Shown one piece after another: positions 11,727-22,453 of a DNA stretch of 64,000 nucleotides. Numbering within the stretch: the stretch's first letter is position 1; each line of letters starts with the position of its first letter. The position numbers and the translations under genes were made by a program. The notes beneath the pieces were generated by a model. The model saw nothing but the letters and a program-made list of their open reading frames with translations, did no database searches and was not told the origin of the DNA. The DNA lies in assembly GCA_949358305.1 (NCBI GenBank), contig OX442314.1, forward strand, positions 14,756,001 to 14,820,000. The letters run 5' to 3'. This DNA is from Strigamia acuminata. Taxonomy: Eukaryota.

Positions 11727-12586
11727 TTAGGCATGCACTTTTTGCACAGCAGCGCCCGGGTTGGGTTAATCAGCCGTCCCCAGAACATGATAGCGCCACT
11801 TCGATTATCTTTGATGAATAGAAGGAGAGGATGGTCTGCTCTAAATTCAGGCTCATTGAGGCATTCGCAATCTAACGAAAACATCATAACTGTTGCTGCA
11901 GCCGCCTCGCTTCCTTCCTCGTTCACTTCAAGAAAAGCTTTGGGCTAAACGGCAGAAACGAACAAATCATTCTTTCCCATAATCCCCGATAAATTCGCCT
12001 TGTTTTTATTGAATAGATCACTCATACCCATACGACTCAAAATATCTTTGAGAGATAATGAGGATTTGTTGCATTCTGGTGGGAATTTCTGCCTAAACAT
12101 GGTTTATGTCGCTTTGCATGATTGTTGCGGCGGTTGCTGAGGCAACCGCCTTGGAATAAAATGAGTGTATGTTTGTGTTTATGACTGGACAGATGTGTTT
12201 CTTTTCTGCCTCGGAACGAGGTTTATTTCGTTTATTTACGTGATCTGTTTGGATAAAACACCAAAGCATTCTATTTAAATTTCGGTAATGTTAAAATTAC
12301 TTCGGTTGGGTGCATAAAATTCATTAAACTTTCCAAATCTGAAACGATAAGCGTTTCTTCCAATGCTTTTAACCCATTAATGTCAAATGGAAGGATAACA
12401 AACATGCTAAAGGTTTCTCCCACATATGGTAATTCGATTATTCTACAGTTTAGATTATCGACCTTCGCGAATCTAAAGTCAGACGTTATGTGCATGAAAT
12501 CCGTCATTACTGCCTTGTTAACATCTAGGTAGAAATTATGAGCATTCGTGCGCTCAGGTTCAAATTGTTCGTGCCAATTGCCTTTA
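11727..12586 (-). pseudogene. Serpin pseudogene S3 (3' half only); RCL TVMMFSLD-CEC
   Basis: Truncated at KGNW by the duplication junction; LTR-like insertion at 12067; premature TAG in SAV(L)HKAF at ~11945; 1-bp deletion near the C terminus. Confidence 0.9.
12067..12265. mobile_element. Degenerate solo LTR-like insertion in pseudo-S3
   Basis: Interrupts KIESS codons; starts TGTTG, contains AATAAA, near-TSD GGATT/GCATT; same insertion at 18120. Confidence 0.6.
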
Positions 12587-12619
12587 TTTTTTTAATTTTT
12601 TTTTTATATTTTATTTCAG

Positions 12620-12735
12620 TACCAATTGATTATTTCTTTTATCAAAGTTTTTGTTTATACTGTATGTGCCAAGTTTCGATTGAAGTGGATAATTGGGAGA
12701 AAAGAAAACGCAAAACTACAAAGAATGCAAGCTAA
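12620..12735 (+). pseudogene. Intact duplicate of the HHAT terminal coding exon with its splice acceptor and 3' UTR
   Basis: ttatttcag then (V)PIDYFFYQSFCLYCMCQVSIEVDNWEKRKRKTTKNAS*, the same peptide as 3985-4100. Confidence 0.85.
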
Positions 12736-13106
12736 TTGAAATTTATACTTTTTCTAGTATAATTTTGTCATAAATGAGGTTAATACCTAGTAGAAACAAC
12801 ATTGTAAATTACATAAAACAATTTTTATATACATTTATTAAAACTTGTCAAATACATTTATAAATATTACGGTTAAATTTTTGTTAACTGACAACAAAAT
12901 AGAATTCCCTTTGAGGTGATTAAAGTTTTGAAATTATGTTAATGTAAAACAAAAATTTTAGTTTGCTTGAAATTTATTTTTTTTATTCAAAAATTTATAC
13001 ACTTTGTGACTAGCTTCAATGGGTTTTACATTCTTATCTAAAATATTTTTCACCTATTTAATTTTTTTTATTATAGTTTTAACAAGTGGCAACTTAATAT
13101 TTACAA

Positions 13107-14376
13107 TTAGGCATTCACTTCTTGCACAGCAGCGACCGGGTTGGGATTAATCAGCCGTCCCCAGAACATAATAGCGCCACTTCGATTATCTTTGACGAAT
13201 AGGAGGAAAGGATGGTGTGCTATAAATTCAGGCTGATCGAGTCTAAGGCAACATGGCGTAGCTATCATAGCTGTTGCTGCGGCCGCCTCGCTTCCTTCCT
13301 CGTTCACTTCGAGAAAAGCTTTGTGCAAAACGGCAGAAACGAACAAATCTTTCTTGCCCGTAATTCCCGATAAATTTGCCTTATCTTTATTGAATAGATC
13401 ACTCATTCCCATACTACTCAAAATATCTTTGAGAGATAATGAGGATTCTATTTTAAATTTCGGTAATGCCAAAATTACTTCAGTTTTCTGCATTAAATTC
13501 ATTAAACTTTCCAAATCTGAAACGGTAAGCGTTTCTTCCAATGCCTTTAACCCATTAATGTAAAATGGAAGGATAACAAACATGCTAAAGGTTTCTCCCA
13601 CATATGGTAATTCGATTATTCTACAGTTTAGATTATCGACCTTCGCGTATCTAAAGTCAGACGTTATGTGCATGAAATCAGTCATTACTGGCTTGTTAAC
13701 ATCTAGGTAGAACTTATGAGCATACGTGCATTCAGGTTCAAATTGTTCGTGCCAATTGCCTTTAAAGTAGATCGCGTTCACCAAAACCAAACGTGTAAGA
13801 TCATCCAGTATCCCCGGAGCAATCAAATCTTTGATTTTCGCTTGGGTTTTGTCTTCCACCCACTGATTAATCTCTAATCGAATTTTTTCAGCGTCTGAAC
13901 CGAAATCAACGACAGTCGATGAGGTATTGTAATGTTTCTCCAAAACGCCTCTGAAGTCTGCCAAAATGTTTGCTTTGTTGTGGGCGTACATGCGATTAGC
14001 GATGTGTAATTTTATGCCAGAGTCTTGGGTGCCCAAAAGAGAATTAATAATCTCTTGGAATGCTTCGTGAATGGCTTTATCGGTGGTGAATGATGATCCC
14101 AACTTGAGGACATCTTTCATCTGTTTTGCAGTGTTTTCTTTAGCGCCAGCTAGAGTCATAGCTAGCGCCACACTAATGCTGAGTGGACTGATAAATAAAT
14201 TTTCATCATTTCCAGCTACACTTTGCTGAAAATGTAAAACAAAAGAGAATTGGTATATTTACTTGTTGGTTTTACACACTCTTCATGTGTTGTCATTTTA
14301 CCCGGTAAAGATCCAAGGTGAATTCAAGTCCTTTTTGGGTTAATATACAGATGTTGGAAATGGAATCCTCTGCCAT
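13107..14376 (-). CDS. Serpin S4, 397 aa; exons 14376-14302 and 14225-13107; RCL TAMIATPC-CLR
   Basis: Recent duplicate of S1 (13 differences over the 354-aa ORF); intact splice sites. Confidence 0.93.
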
Positions 14377-14439
14377 GTTTGAGGTGTGTGTACTGATGTT
14401 ATAATTTGACGCTAGTTAGCGCAGTTGTAGCAGTTATGT

Positions 14440-14464
14440 CACAGTCCATAGAATATGGACTGTG
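14440..14464. mobile_element. 25-bp palindromic transposon remnant (P-element-like footprint)
   Basis: CACAGTCCATA-gaa-TATGGACTGTG flanked by 7-bp duplication GTTATGT; empty site at ~5795. Confidence 0.7.
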
Positions 14465-15260
14465 GTTATGTTGCAAAACACATAGCGCGGTTTCTAATGC
14501 GATATTAATTTTATTTTTATCTTAAAAACTTTTATTTACATCGGCACAAGTTTTTACAGATTTCAACATTAACCCAGCAAAAGAACTACATTTTGAATTC
14601 GTTGTAAATCAGAAGAAATTGAACTAGTGGGTCATGAATTATGATCATGATTGACAGATTGATTATTTGACAACTAAATGTATGAATATTTGTTTACTTT
14701 ATAATTTTTTTTTTAAATTTTATTTCCATACTAATTGATTATTTCTTCTATCAAAGTTTCTGTTTGTGCCAGGTTTCGATTGAAGTGGATTAAAGAAAAC
14801 GCAAAACACCAAAAAATACAAGTTAATTGAATTTTATAATTTTTCTGGTATAATTTTGTCATAAATAAGGTTAATAACTTTGAGTATAGTTTAGAAAAGA
14901 AACAAATGTTATCATTAAGTGTTTAAGTGTTGGTTTTATGCGTGGTGATATTCTTGCATGTGTGTCTTTCTGGTTACCATGGTTACCACTTTTGTAATGG
15001 CAATGTATGAGTGAAAATACAGCGGAATAAATTGCGTGAAGATGTTATTTCTTTTCAAACCGAGGTTTAATTGATTCACTTAGTACAAACAACATTGTAA
15101 ATTATATAAAACAATTTTTATATAAATTTATTAAAACTTGTCAAATACCTTTATAAATATTTGGGTAAATTTTTGTTAACTGACAACAAAATAGAATACC
15201 AAAAATGAGTCGGTAAATGGAGTGCGCAATTGATTTACGCACATCTGGTCCCACCCGATG

Positions 15261-15653
15261 TTTTATTATTATTGTTTATTTTCCAAAAGAAGGGTGCCCC
15301 CCAACAGCCGAAGCCTACAGGGGGGGACACCCATCAAACCACCTAAGCAACCATCGTCAATTACAAAAACAAAAAGAGATCAAAAAATCATAATTCAAAA
15401 GAGAACATCAAAAGAAACACAAACAGCAAAAACAAAAACAAAAAAATCAAAATTAAAGTTACATTGAATTAGCATTAAGACCCAACAACAAAAGCATGCT
15501 CAATACCAGAGAGAGTACAATTAAAAATATCAATATCACCCAAAAAGACATTAACGCTTCGTAATAAACGCCCAACAGGGGAGTGAGAGTTATAAACAGA
15601 GAACGTAACACGTGGGGTGCGCAACTCCCTCCCCTTTACATGCTGCGTGGGGC
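15261..15653 (-). mobile_element. 5'-truncated non-LTR retrotransposon (CR1/Jockey-group-like 3' end)
   Basis: Minus-strand peptide HSPVGRLLRSVNVFLGDIDIF resembles CR1-type ORF2 C termini; followed by a GC stem-loop (gggtgcccccc/ggggggacaccc), AATAAA and a short TAA-rich tail; absent from copy A. Boundaries approximate. Confidence 0.55.
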
Positions 15654-16395
15654 GTTTTATTTATATACGTACAAGGTTCCTTGCAAGCACCATCATAATA
15701 AATAGTGAATTACATCGATATCGAATGGAAAGTTTAACTTGACCTCACATGTATGTGATTTTGTTTGATGCTGAGTCCGTTTGGGTTCTAAATGTTGTAT
15801 AATGTTTTTCCTAATTTCGCGTTTTATTTTTTTCGCGTTTCTGTGGAGGATGATTGTGTTGTAGGCTAAATAACTTGATGCAGAATTCATTTTTAATGTC
15901 TAAGCAAAAAGTGCCAACATGGCTGCTTGAAAACTTTAATCAAGAATGATGAGTAATCAATCAAAAACACATCTGACATCACATTATACAAAAAGAATCC
16001 TCTGTGCAAAAATGACATCACAAATAGAACAAATTATAAGAATAAATCAATGGCAAAATAATAAACTCAAAGTTAAATGTAAAATGAGCTTACTTTGCTC
16101 CAACAAATACAAAACAACATATACATTTATATATATATATATACATACATACATATATACATTTGTTATAGCAATGAATAATAGAATACATTGATCTAAG
16201 ATAAACTAAACAATAAATGCTTATGAAATTACTCGTAATAAAACTGAACAATGTCACGTGCATAATTACACCGTTAACACATAGTATGATAAACGCGCGA
16301 TAATAAACATATCAAATAATACGACAATGGCTGTCCAAAATCCAATCGTTTCCTCCTTTTTGCGATTGCATTTTTCGCGATTTGATTGTTCGCGA

Positions 16396-17761
16396 TTAAT
16401 TTAATTTCATTTGGTAACCGCGTTTTCTTCTTTTCGCGATTGCTTTTGTCGCGGCAGAAGTGCCCTCCCCATTCACTTCCTGCAAAGCAGCGCCCGGGTT
16501 GGGATTAATCAGCCGTCCCCAGAACATAATAGCGCCACTTCGATTATCTTTGATAAATAGGAGGAAAGGATGGTCTGCTCTAAATTCAGGCGGATCGCGT
16601 CTAACGCAACATCCCCGACCTACTGGTAAAGCTGTTGCTGCAGCTGCCTCACTTCCTTCCTCGTTTACCTCGAGGAAGGCCTTGTGAAAAATGGCAGAAA
16701 CGAACAAATCTTTCTTGTCCGTAATTCCGGATAAATTCGCCTTGTATTCATTGAATAGATCACTCATTCCCATACTACTCAAAATATCTTCGAGAGATAA
16801 GGAGGATTCTATTTTAAATTTCGGTAATGTCAAAATTACTTCGGTTTTACGCATTCTACTCAAATTCATTAAACTTTCTAAATCTGAAACGGTAAGCGTT
16901 TCTTCCAATGCCTTTAACCCATTAATGTCAAATGGAAGAATAACAAACATACTAAAGGTTTCTCCCACATATGGTAATTCGATTATTCTACAGTTTAGAT
17001 TATCGACCTTCGCGAATCTAAAGTCAGACGTTATGTGCATGAAATCTGTCATTACTGCCTTGTTAGCACCTAGGTAGAAATTATGAGCATTCGTGCGTTC
17101 AGGTTTAAATTGCTCGTGCCAATTGCCTTTAAAGTAGATCGCGTTTACCAAAACCAAAAGTGTAAGACCATTCAGTGTCCTTGGTGGAATCAAATCTTTG
17201 ATTTTCGTTTGGGTTTGGTCTTCCACCCACTTATTAATCTCCAATCGAATTTTTTCAGCGTCTGAACCGAAATCAACGACACTCGATGAAGTATTGTAAT
17301 GTTCCTCCAAAACGCCTCTGAAGTCTGCCAAAATGTTTGCTTTCTTGTGGACGTACATGCGATTAGCAATGTGTAATTTTATGGCAGAGTCTTGGGTCCC
17401 CAAAAGAGAATTAATAATCTCTTGGAATGCTTCGTGAATGGCTGCGTCGGTGGTGAATGATGATCCCAACTTGAGGACATCTTTAATCTGCTTAGCAGTG
17501 TTTTCTTTGGCGCCAGCTAGAGTCATAGCGAGCGCCACACTAATGCTGAGTGGGCTGATAAATATACTGTCAGCATTTCCAGCTGCAATTTGCTATAAAT
17601 ACAAAAGAAAATGAATTCGATTGGGTCTTGTTGGTTATTAATATATTATAAATTCTCTTTCTCAATTGTTATCTTACCTTGTAAAGATCCAAGGTGAATT
17701 CAATTCCTTTCAGTGGTAATTGGCTGTGGCCGGGTTTCTGTGAGACCGTTTGAGTTGCCAT
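16396..17761 (-). CDS. Serpin S5, 426 aa; exons 17761-17678 and 17592-16396; RCL TALPVGRGCCVRR; basic C-terminal tail KAIAKRRKR
   Basis: Complete serpin motifs, intact splice sites, positional paralog of S2. Confidence 0.93.
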
Positions 17762-18000
17762 GTTAGCTGCTAGGCGAGCTGCTAGAAGATCCGAAAATTT
17801 CCGCTCCATCTTTCTTGCTCCTTCACTTTTATTGCGTGGTGTAATAACACGTGGTGTAAGTCAACACCGGGAGCATGCGCAGAGCAAAAAAAAAGCGCGG
17901 AACCTCCTGTCGCCAGGCGCTACTATAATTTGTCGCTAGTTAGCGCAGTTGTAGCAATTATATTGCATAACGCATGGCGCGGTTTCTAATTCGAGAAAAA

Positions 18001-19056
18001 AACGGCAGAAACGAACAAATCTTTCTTGCCTGTAATTCCCGATAAATTCGCCTTGTTTTTATTGAATAGATCACTCATACCCATACTACTCAAAATAACT
18101 TTGAGAGATAATGAGGATTTGTTGCATTCTGGTGGGAATTTCTGCCTAAACATGGTTTATGTCGCTTTGTATGATTGTTGCGGCGGTTGCTGAGGCAACC
18201 GCCTTGGAATAAAATGAGTGTATGTTTGTGTTTATGACTGGACAGATGTGTTTCTTTTCTGCCTCGGAACGAGATTTATTTCGTTTATTTACGTGATCTG
18301 TTTGAATAGATAAAACACCAAAGCATTCTATTTAAATTTCGGTAATGTCAAAATTACTTCGGTTGGGTGCATAAAATTCATTAAACTTTCTAAATCTGAA
18401 AAGATAAGTGTTTCTTCCAATGCCTTTAACCCATTAATGTCCAATGGAAGGATAACAAACATGCTAAAGGTTTCTCCCACATAATGGTAATTCGATTTCG
18501 ACCTTCATGAATCTAAAGTAGACGTTATGTGCATGAAATCCGTCATCTAGGAAGAAATTATGAGCATTCGTGCGATCAGGTTCAAATTGCCTTTAAAGTA
18601 GATCCCGTTCACCAAAACCAAACGTGTAAGATCATCCAATATCCCTGGTGGAATCAAATCTTTGATTTTCGTTTGGGTTTGTTCTTCCGCCCACTTATTA
18701 ATCTCTAATCGAATTTTTTCAGTGTCTGAACCGAAATCAACGACAGTCGATGAAGTATTGTAATGTTCTTCCAATACGCCTCTGAAGTCTGCCAAAATGT
18801 TTCCATTGTTGTGGGCGTACATGCGATTAGCAACGTGTAATTTTATACCAGAATCCTGTGAGCACAGAAGAGAATCAATAATTTCATGGAATGCTTCGTG
18901 AATGGCTGAATCGGTGGTGAATGATGATCCCAACTTAAGGACATCTTTCATCTGTTTTGCAGTGTTTTCTTTGACGCCAGCTAGAGTCATAGCTAGCGCC
19001 ACACTAACGCTGAGTGGACTGATAAATAAATTTTCAACATTTCCAGCTACACTTTG
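18001..19056 (-). pseudogene. Serpin pseudogene S6 (lacks exon 1, RCL and C terminus)
   Basis: Several frameshifting deletions (e.g. after FKGN), LTR-like insertion, 3' end deleted at ~18000, intron runs into a poly-T tract at ~19112. Confidence 0.9.
18120..18322. mobile_element. Second copy of the solo LTR-like insertion, at the same serpin codon as 12067
   Basis: Near-identical sequence and identical insertion point. Confidence 0.6.
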
Positions 19057-19721
19057 CTGAAAATATAAAACTAAAGAGAATTGGTAGATTTACTTTTGGG
19101 TTTTCAAGCCCTTTTTTTTTTTTTTTTTTTTATTTTCTTTATAAATTTTGAATTCGTAATATTGTGGTATTTGTATATTTGTATAAGTGTTTGCCAAAGT
19201 CTCGATTGAATTCTTGCATGTGTATCTTTCTTGTTACCATGGTTACCACTTTTGTAATGGCGTAATGGCAATAATGTATGATTGAAAATACAGCGTAATA
19301 AATTACGTGAAGATTTTATTTCTAATCAAACCGAGATTTATTTGATTTACTAGTACAAATAACATTGTAAATTACATAAAACAATTTTTATATAAATTTA
19401 GTAAAACTTGTCAAATACCTTTATAAATATTACTGGTAAATTTTTGTTAACTGACAACCAAATAGAATTCCCTCTGAGCAAGAATACCAAAAATGAGAAA
19501 GGTATAGTGTGTTGCCACAGCAACGATCTCCGTTTTAGGTGATCTAAAGTTTTGAAATTGTATTACGGAGTACAAGTAATATAAAACAAAAATTTTAGTT
19601 TGCTGGAATTTAATTTCTTTATTCGATAATTTATAGTAGACTTTGTGACTAGCTTCAAAGGGTTTTACTTTTTTATCTACAATATTTTTCAACTATTTAA
19701 TTTTTTATTATAGTTTCAACA

Positions 19722-20054
19722 TGTAGAGGAATGCGGATAGAATCGGGGTAAAATAAACGTACACGTTGTAGAAAATAAATGAAAAGAACATTTATTCGGT
19801 GTTTAAATGAAATTGCGGCGCACAGCTACTCGCCATTACACTCGCACAGCAAAACATTAAAGTACAAGAACATGTGATCGAACATCACATAAATCAAAGG
19901 AATACATCATAACGTCATTAAGACCTAAATGACACTTGATAAGTAATTGAACGTGGCCCTACGGTGTTTCATATGAGCCGCCACTAAAAATAAAACAACA
20001 AATTAAATAAGTATAATAATAATTACATCATTGATTAAGAACAAATACTCAACA
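19722..20054. mobile_element. Solo LTR (333 bp) in the S7 3' UTR
   Basis: TGTAGAG...CTCAACA termini; perfect 5-bp TSD CAACA (19717-19721 / 20055-20059); empty sites at ~4450 and ~13084. Confidence 0.8.
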
Positions 20055-20081
20055 CAACAAGTGGCAACTTAATATTTACCA

Positions 20082-21339
20082 TTAAGCATTCACTACTTGC
20101 AAAGCAGCGCCCGGGTTGGGATTAATCAGCCGTCCCCAGAACATAATAGCGCCACTTCGATTATCTTTGATAAATAGGAGGAAAGGATGGTCTGCTCTAA
20201 ATTCGCGTCTAATGCAAGCAGATCCCCGACCTGATGTAGCTGTTGCTGCGGCTGCCTCACTTCCTTCCTCGTTCACTTCGAGAAAAGCTTTGTGGAAAAC
20301 GTCAGAAACGAACAAATCTTTCCTGCCCGTAATTCCAGATAAATTCGCCTTGTCTTCATTGAATAGATCACTTATTCCCATAACGATCAAGATATCTTTG
20401 AGAGTTAATGAGGATTCTATTTTGAATTTTGGAAATGTTAAAACTACTTTAGTTTTAAGCATTCTACTCATTAACTTCTCCAAATTTGAAACGGTAATCA
20501 TTTCTTCCAATTTGTTTAACCCATCAATATCGGATGGAAGGATAACAAACATACTAAAGGCTTCGCCCACGTATGGTAATTCGATTATACTACATTTTAG
20601 ACGATTGAACTTCGCGTATCTAAAGTTAGACGTTATGTGCATGAAATCCGTCATTACTGCCTTGTTAACATCTAGGTAGAAATTATGAGCAGTCGTGTGG
20701 TAAGGTTCAAATGGCTCGTGCCAATTGCCTTTAAAGTAGATCGCGTTCACCAAAACCAAACGTGTAAGATCATCCAGTGTCCCCGGAGCAATCAAATCTT
20801 TGATTTTCGCTTGGGTTATTTCTTCCACCCACTTATTAATCTCCAATCGAATCTTTTCAGCGTCTGAACCGAAATCAACGACACTCGATGAAGTATTGTA
20901 ATGCTTTTCCAATACGCCTTTGAATTCCGCCAAAATAAATGCTTGGTTGTGAACGTACATGCGATTAGCAATGTGTAATTTTATGGCAGAGTCTTGGGTG
21001 CCCAAAAGCGAATTAATAATCTCTTGGAATGCTTCGTGAATGGCTGAATCGGTGGTGAATGATGATCCCAACTTGAGGACATCTTTCATCTGTTTTGCAG
21101 TGTTTTCTTTGGCGCCAGCTAGAGTCATAGCGAGCGCCACACTAATGCTGAGTGGGCTGATAAATATATTATCAACATTTCCAGCTACACTTTGCTAAAA
21201 ATGTAAAACAAAAGAGAATTAGTAGATTTACTATTGGGTTTTACACACTCTTCGTGGGTTGTCATTTTACCCGGTAAAGATCCAATGTGAATTCAAGTCC
21301 TTTTTGGGTTAATGTACAGATATTGGAATCCTCTGCCAT
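20082..21339 (-). CDS. Serpin S7, 393 aa; exons 21339-21271 and 21194-20082; RCL TATSGRGSACIRR
   Basis: Complete serpin motifs and intact splice sites. Confidence 0.93.
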
Positions 21340-21348
21340 GTTTGAGGT

Positions 21349-21382
21349 CATAGAGTAAGAAAGATATATGCTTTACTCTATG
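21349..21382. mobile_element. 34-bp transposon remnant (P-element-like footprint) 10 bp upstream of the S7 ATG
   Basis: CATAGAGTAA...TTACTCTATG flanked by perfect 8-bp duplication TTTGAGGT; empty sites at ~5740 and ~14380. Confidence 0.75.
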
Positions 21383-22453
21383 TTTGAGGTGTTGGCACTG
21401 ATGTTAAAATTTGTAGTAGCGCCTACGACAGGTGGCTAACACCGTGCTTTTAGCGTATGGTTTTAACACCGGAAGCATGCTCTGAACAAGAAAAATGGCG
21501 CGGAGCCTCCTGTCGCTAGTTAGCGCAGTTGTAGCAATTATATTGCAAAACACATGGCGCGGTTTCTAATGCGAGATTTATTTTATTTTTATTTATACAC
21601 AAGTTTTTTCAGATTGCAACATTAAACCCAGCAATAAGAAATTTTGAATTCGATGGAAATCAGTAGAAATTGAAGCGACAAATATTCATTGATATACGGT
21701 ACCGGTAACCAGGAAAATTATTGCATAGGTAATATTGTGATGTCACGTATCATTTATTTGTATAAGTGTTTGCTTGTATACTACATGTGCCAAAGTCTCG
21801 ATTGGAAACGCAAAACAACAAAGAGCACAAACTTAAGAGTACATTTTATACTTTTTTTTAATATTTTGTCATAAATAACTTAAATGACTAACTAGTAAAT
21901 ATAACAGAAACCAATTTTCTACAAATTTATTAAAACGTGTCAAATACTTTGATAAATATTAAGATTCAATTTTTCTGATAGTGTCGTATTTATTTTTATG
22001 AAAAATATTGGCGGACCCCTTTGTCATGTTAAAGATATGGGCATTAGATGACAAAATTTTAGTGTGCATAACTTTGGCAAGAGGTTTATTTTTTTTATAA
22101 ACTTCATTTTTATGAGAGATCCGTTTTACGGGTTGCAATTTTAAATCCAGGAAAATACAATAATGAATGTTTCATAGGAACATCGTGGAAATATTTAACC
22201 CATCGGTAATTTTTTTTAAAAGTTTATTCTTTTGTATAGTTTGTATACTGAATGTGCCATGTGTTTTTTGGAATGAATAATTAGGACTTGGGACAAAAAG
22301 TGCAAAACAACATTTTATAGTTTCTCTAATTAAATTTTGTCTTAAACATTTAATTGACACATATTAGTACAAACAACATTGTTAATTACATAAAAGTAAT
22401 ATTTATACGAATACAAATTCATTAAAACGTGCGACATAAAAACCTGACAATAA

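Larger units (their letters stand above)
3951..12586. repeat. Tandem segmental duplication, copy A (HHAT 3' end + S1 + S2 + 3' half of pseudo-S3)
   Basis: Collinear with sequence from 12587 on: HHAT last exon 3985 vs 12620 and serpin stop 4473 vs 13107 (offset ~8.63 kb). Confidence 0.85.
12587..19056. repeat. Tandem segmental duplication, copy B (HHAT last exon + S4 + S5 + pseudo-S6)
   Basis: Collinear with copy A but with a different set of insertions and an internal deletion at ~18000. Confidence 0.8.

Noticed and set aside
18547..19002. 151-aa ORF as a functional short serpin
   Set aside because: No exon 1, frameshift after FKGN, no RCL.
3951..19056. Duplication as a pure assembly artefact
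   Set aside because: Copies differ by many private insertions and rewritten RCLs and join at a microhomology junction; judged unlikely, but not excluded without reads.
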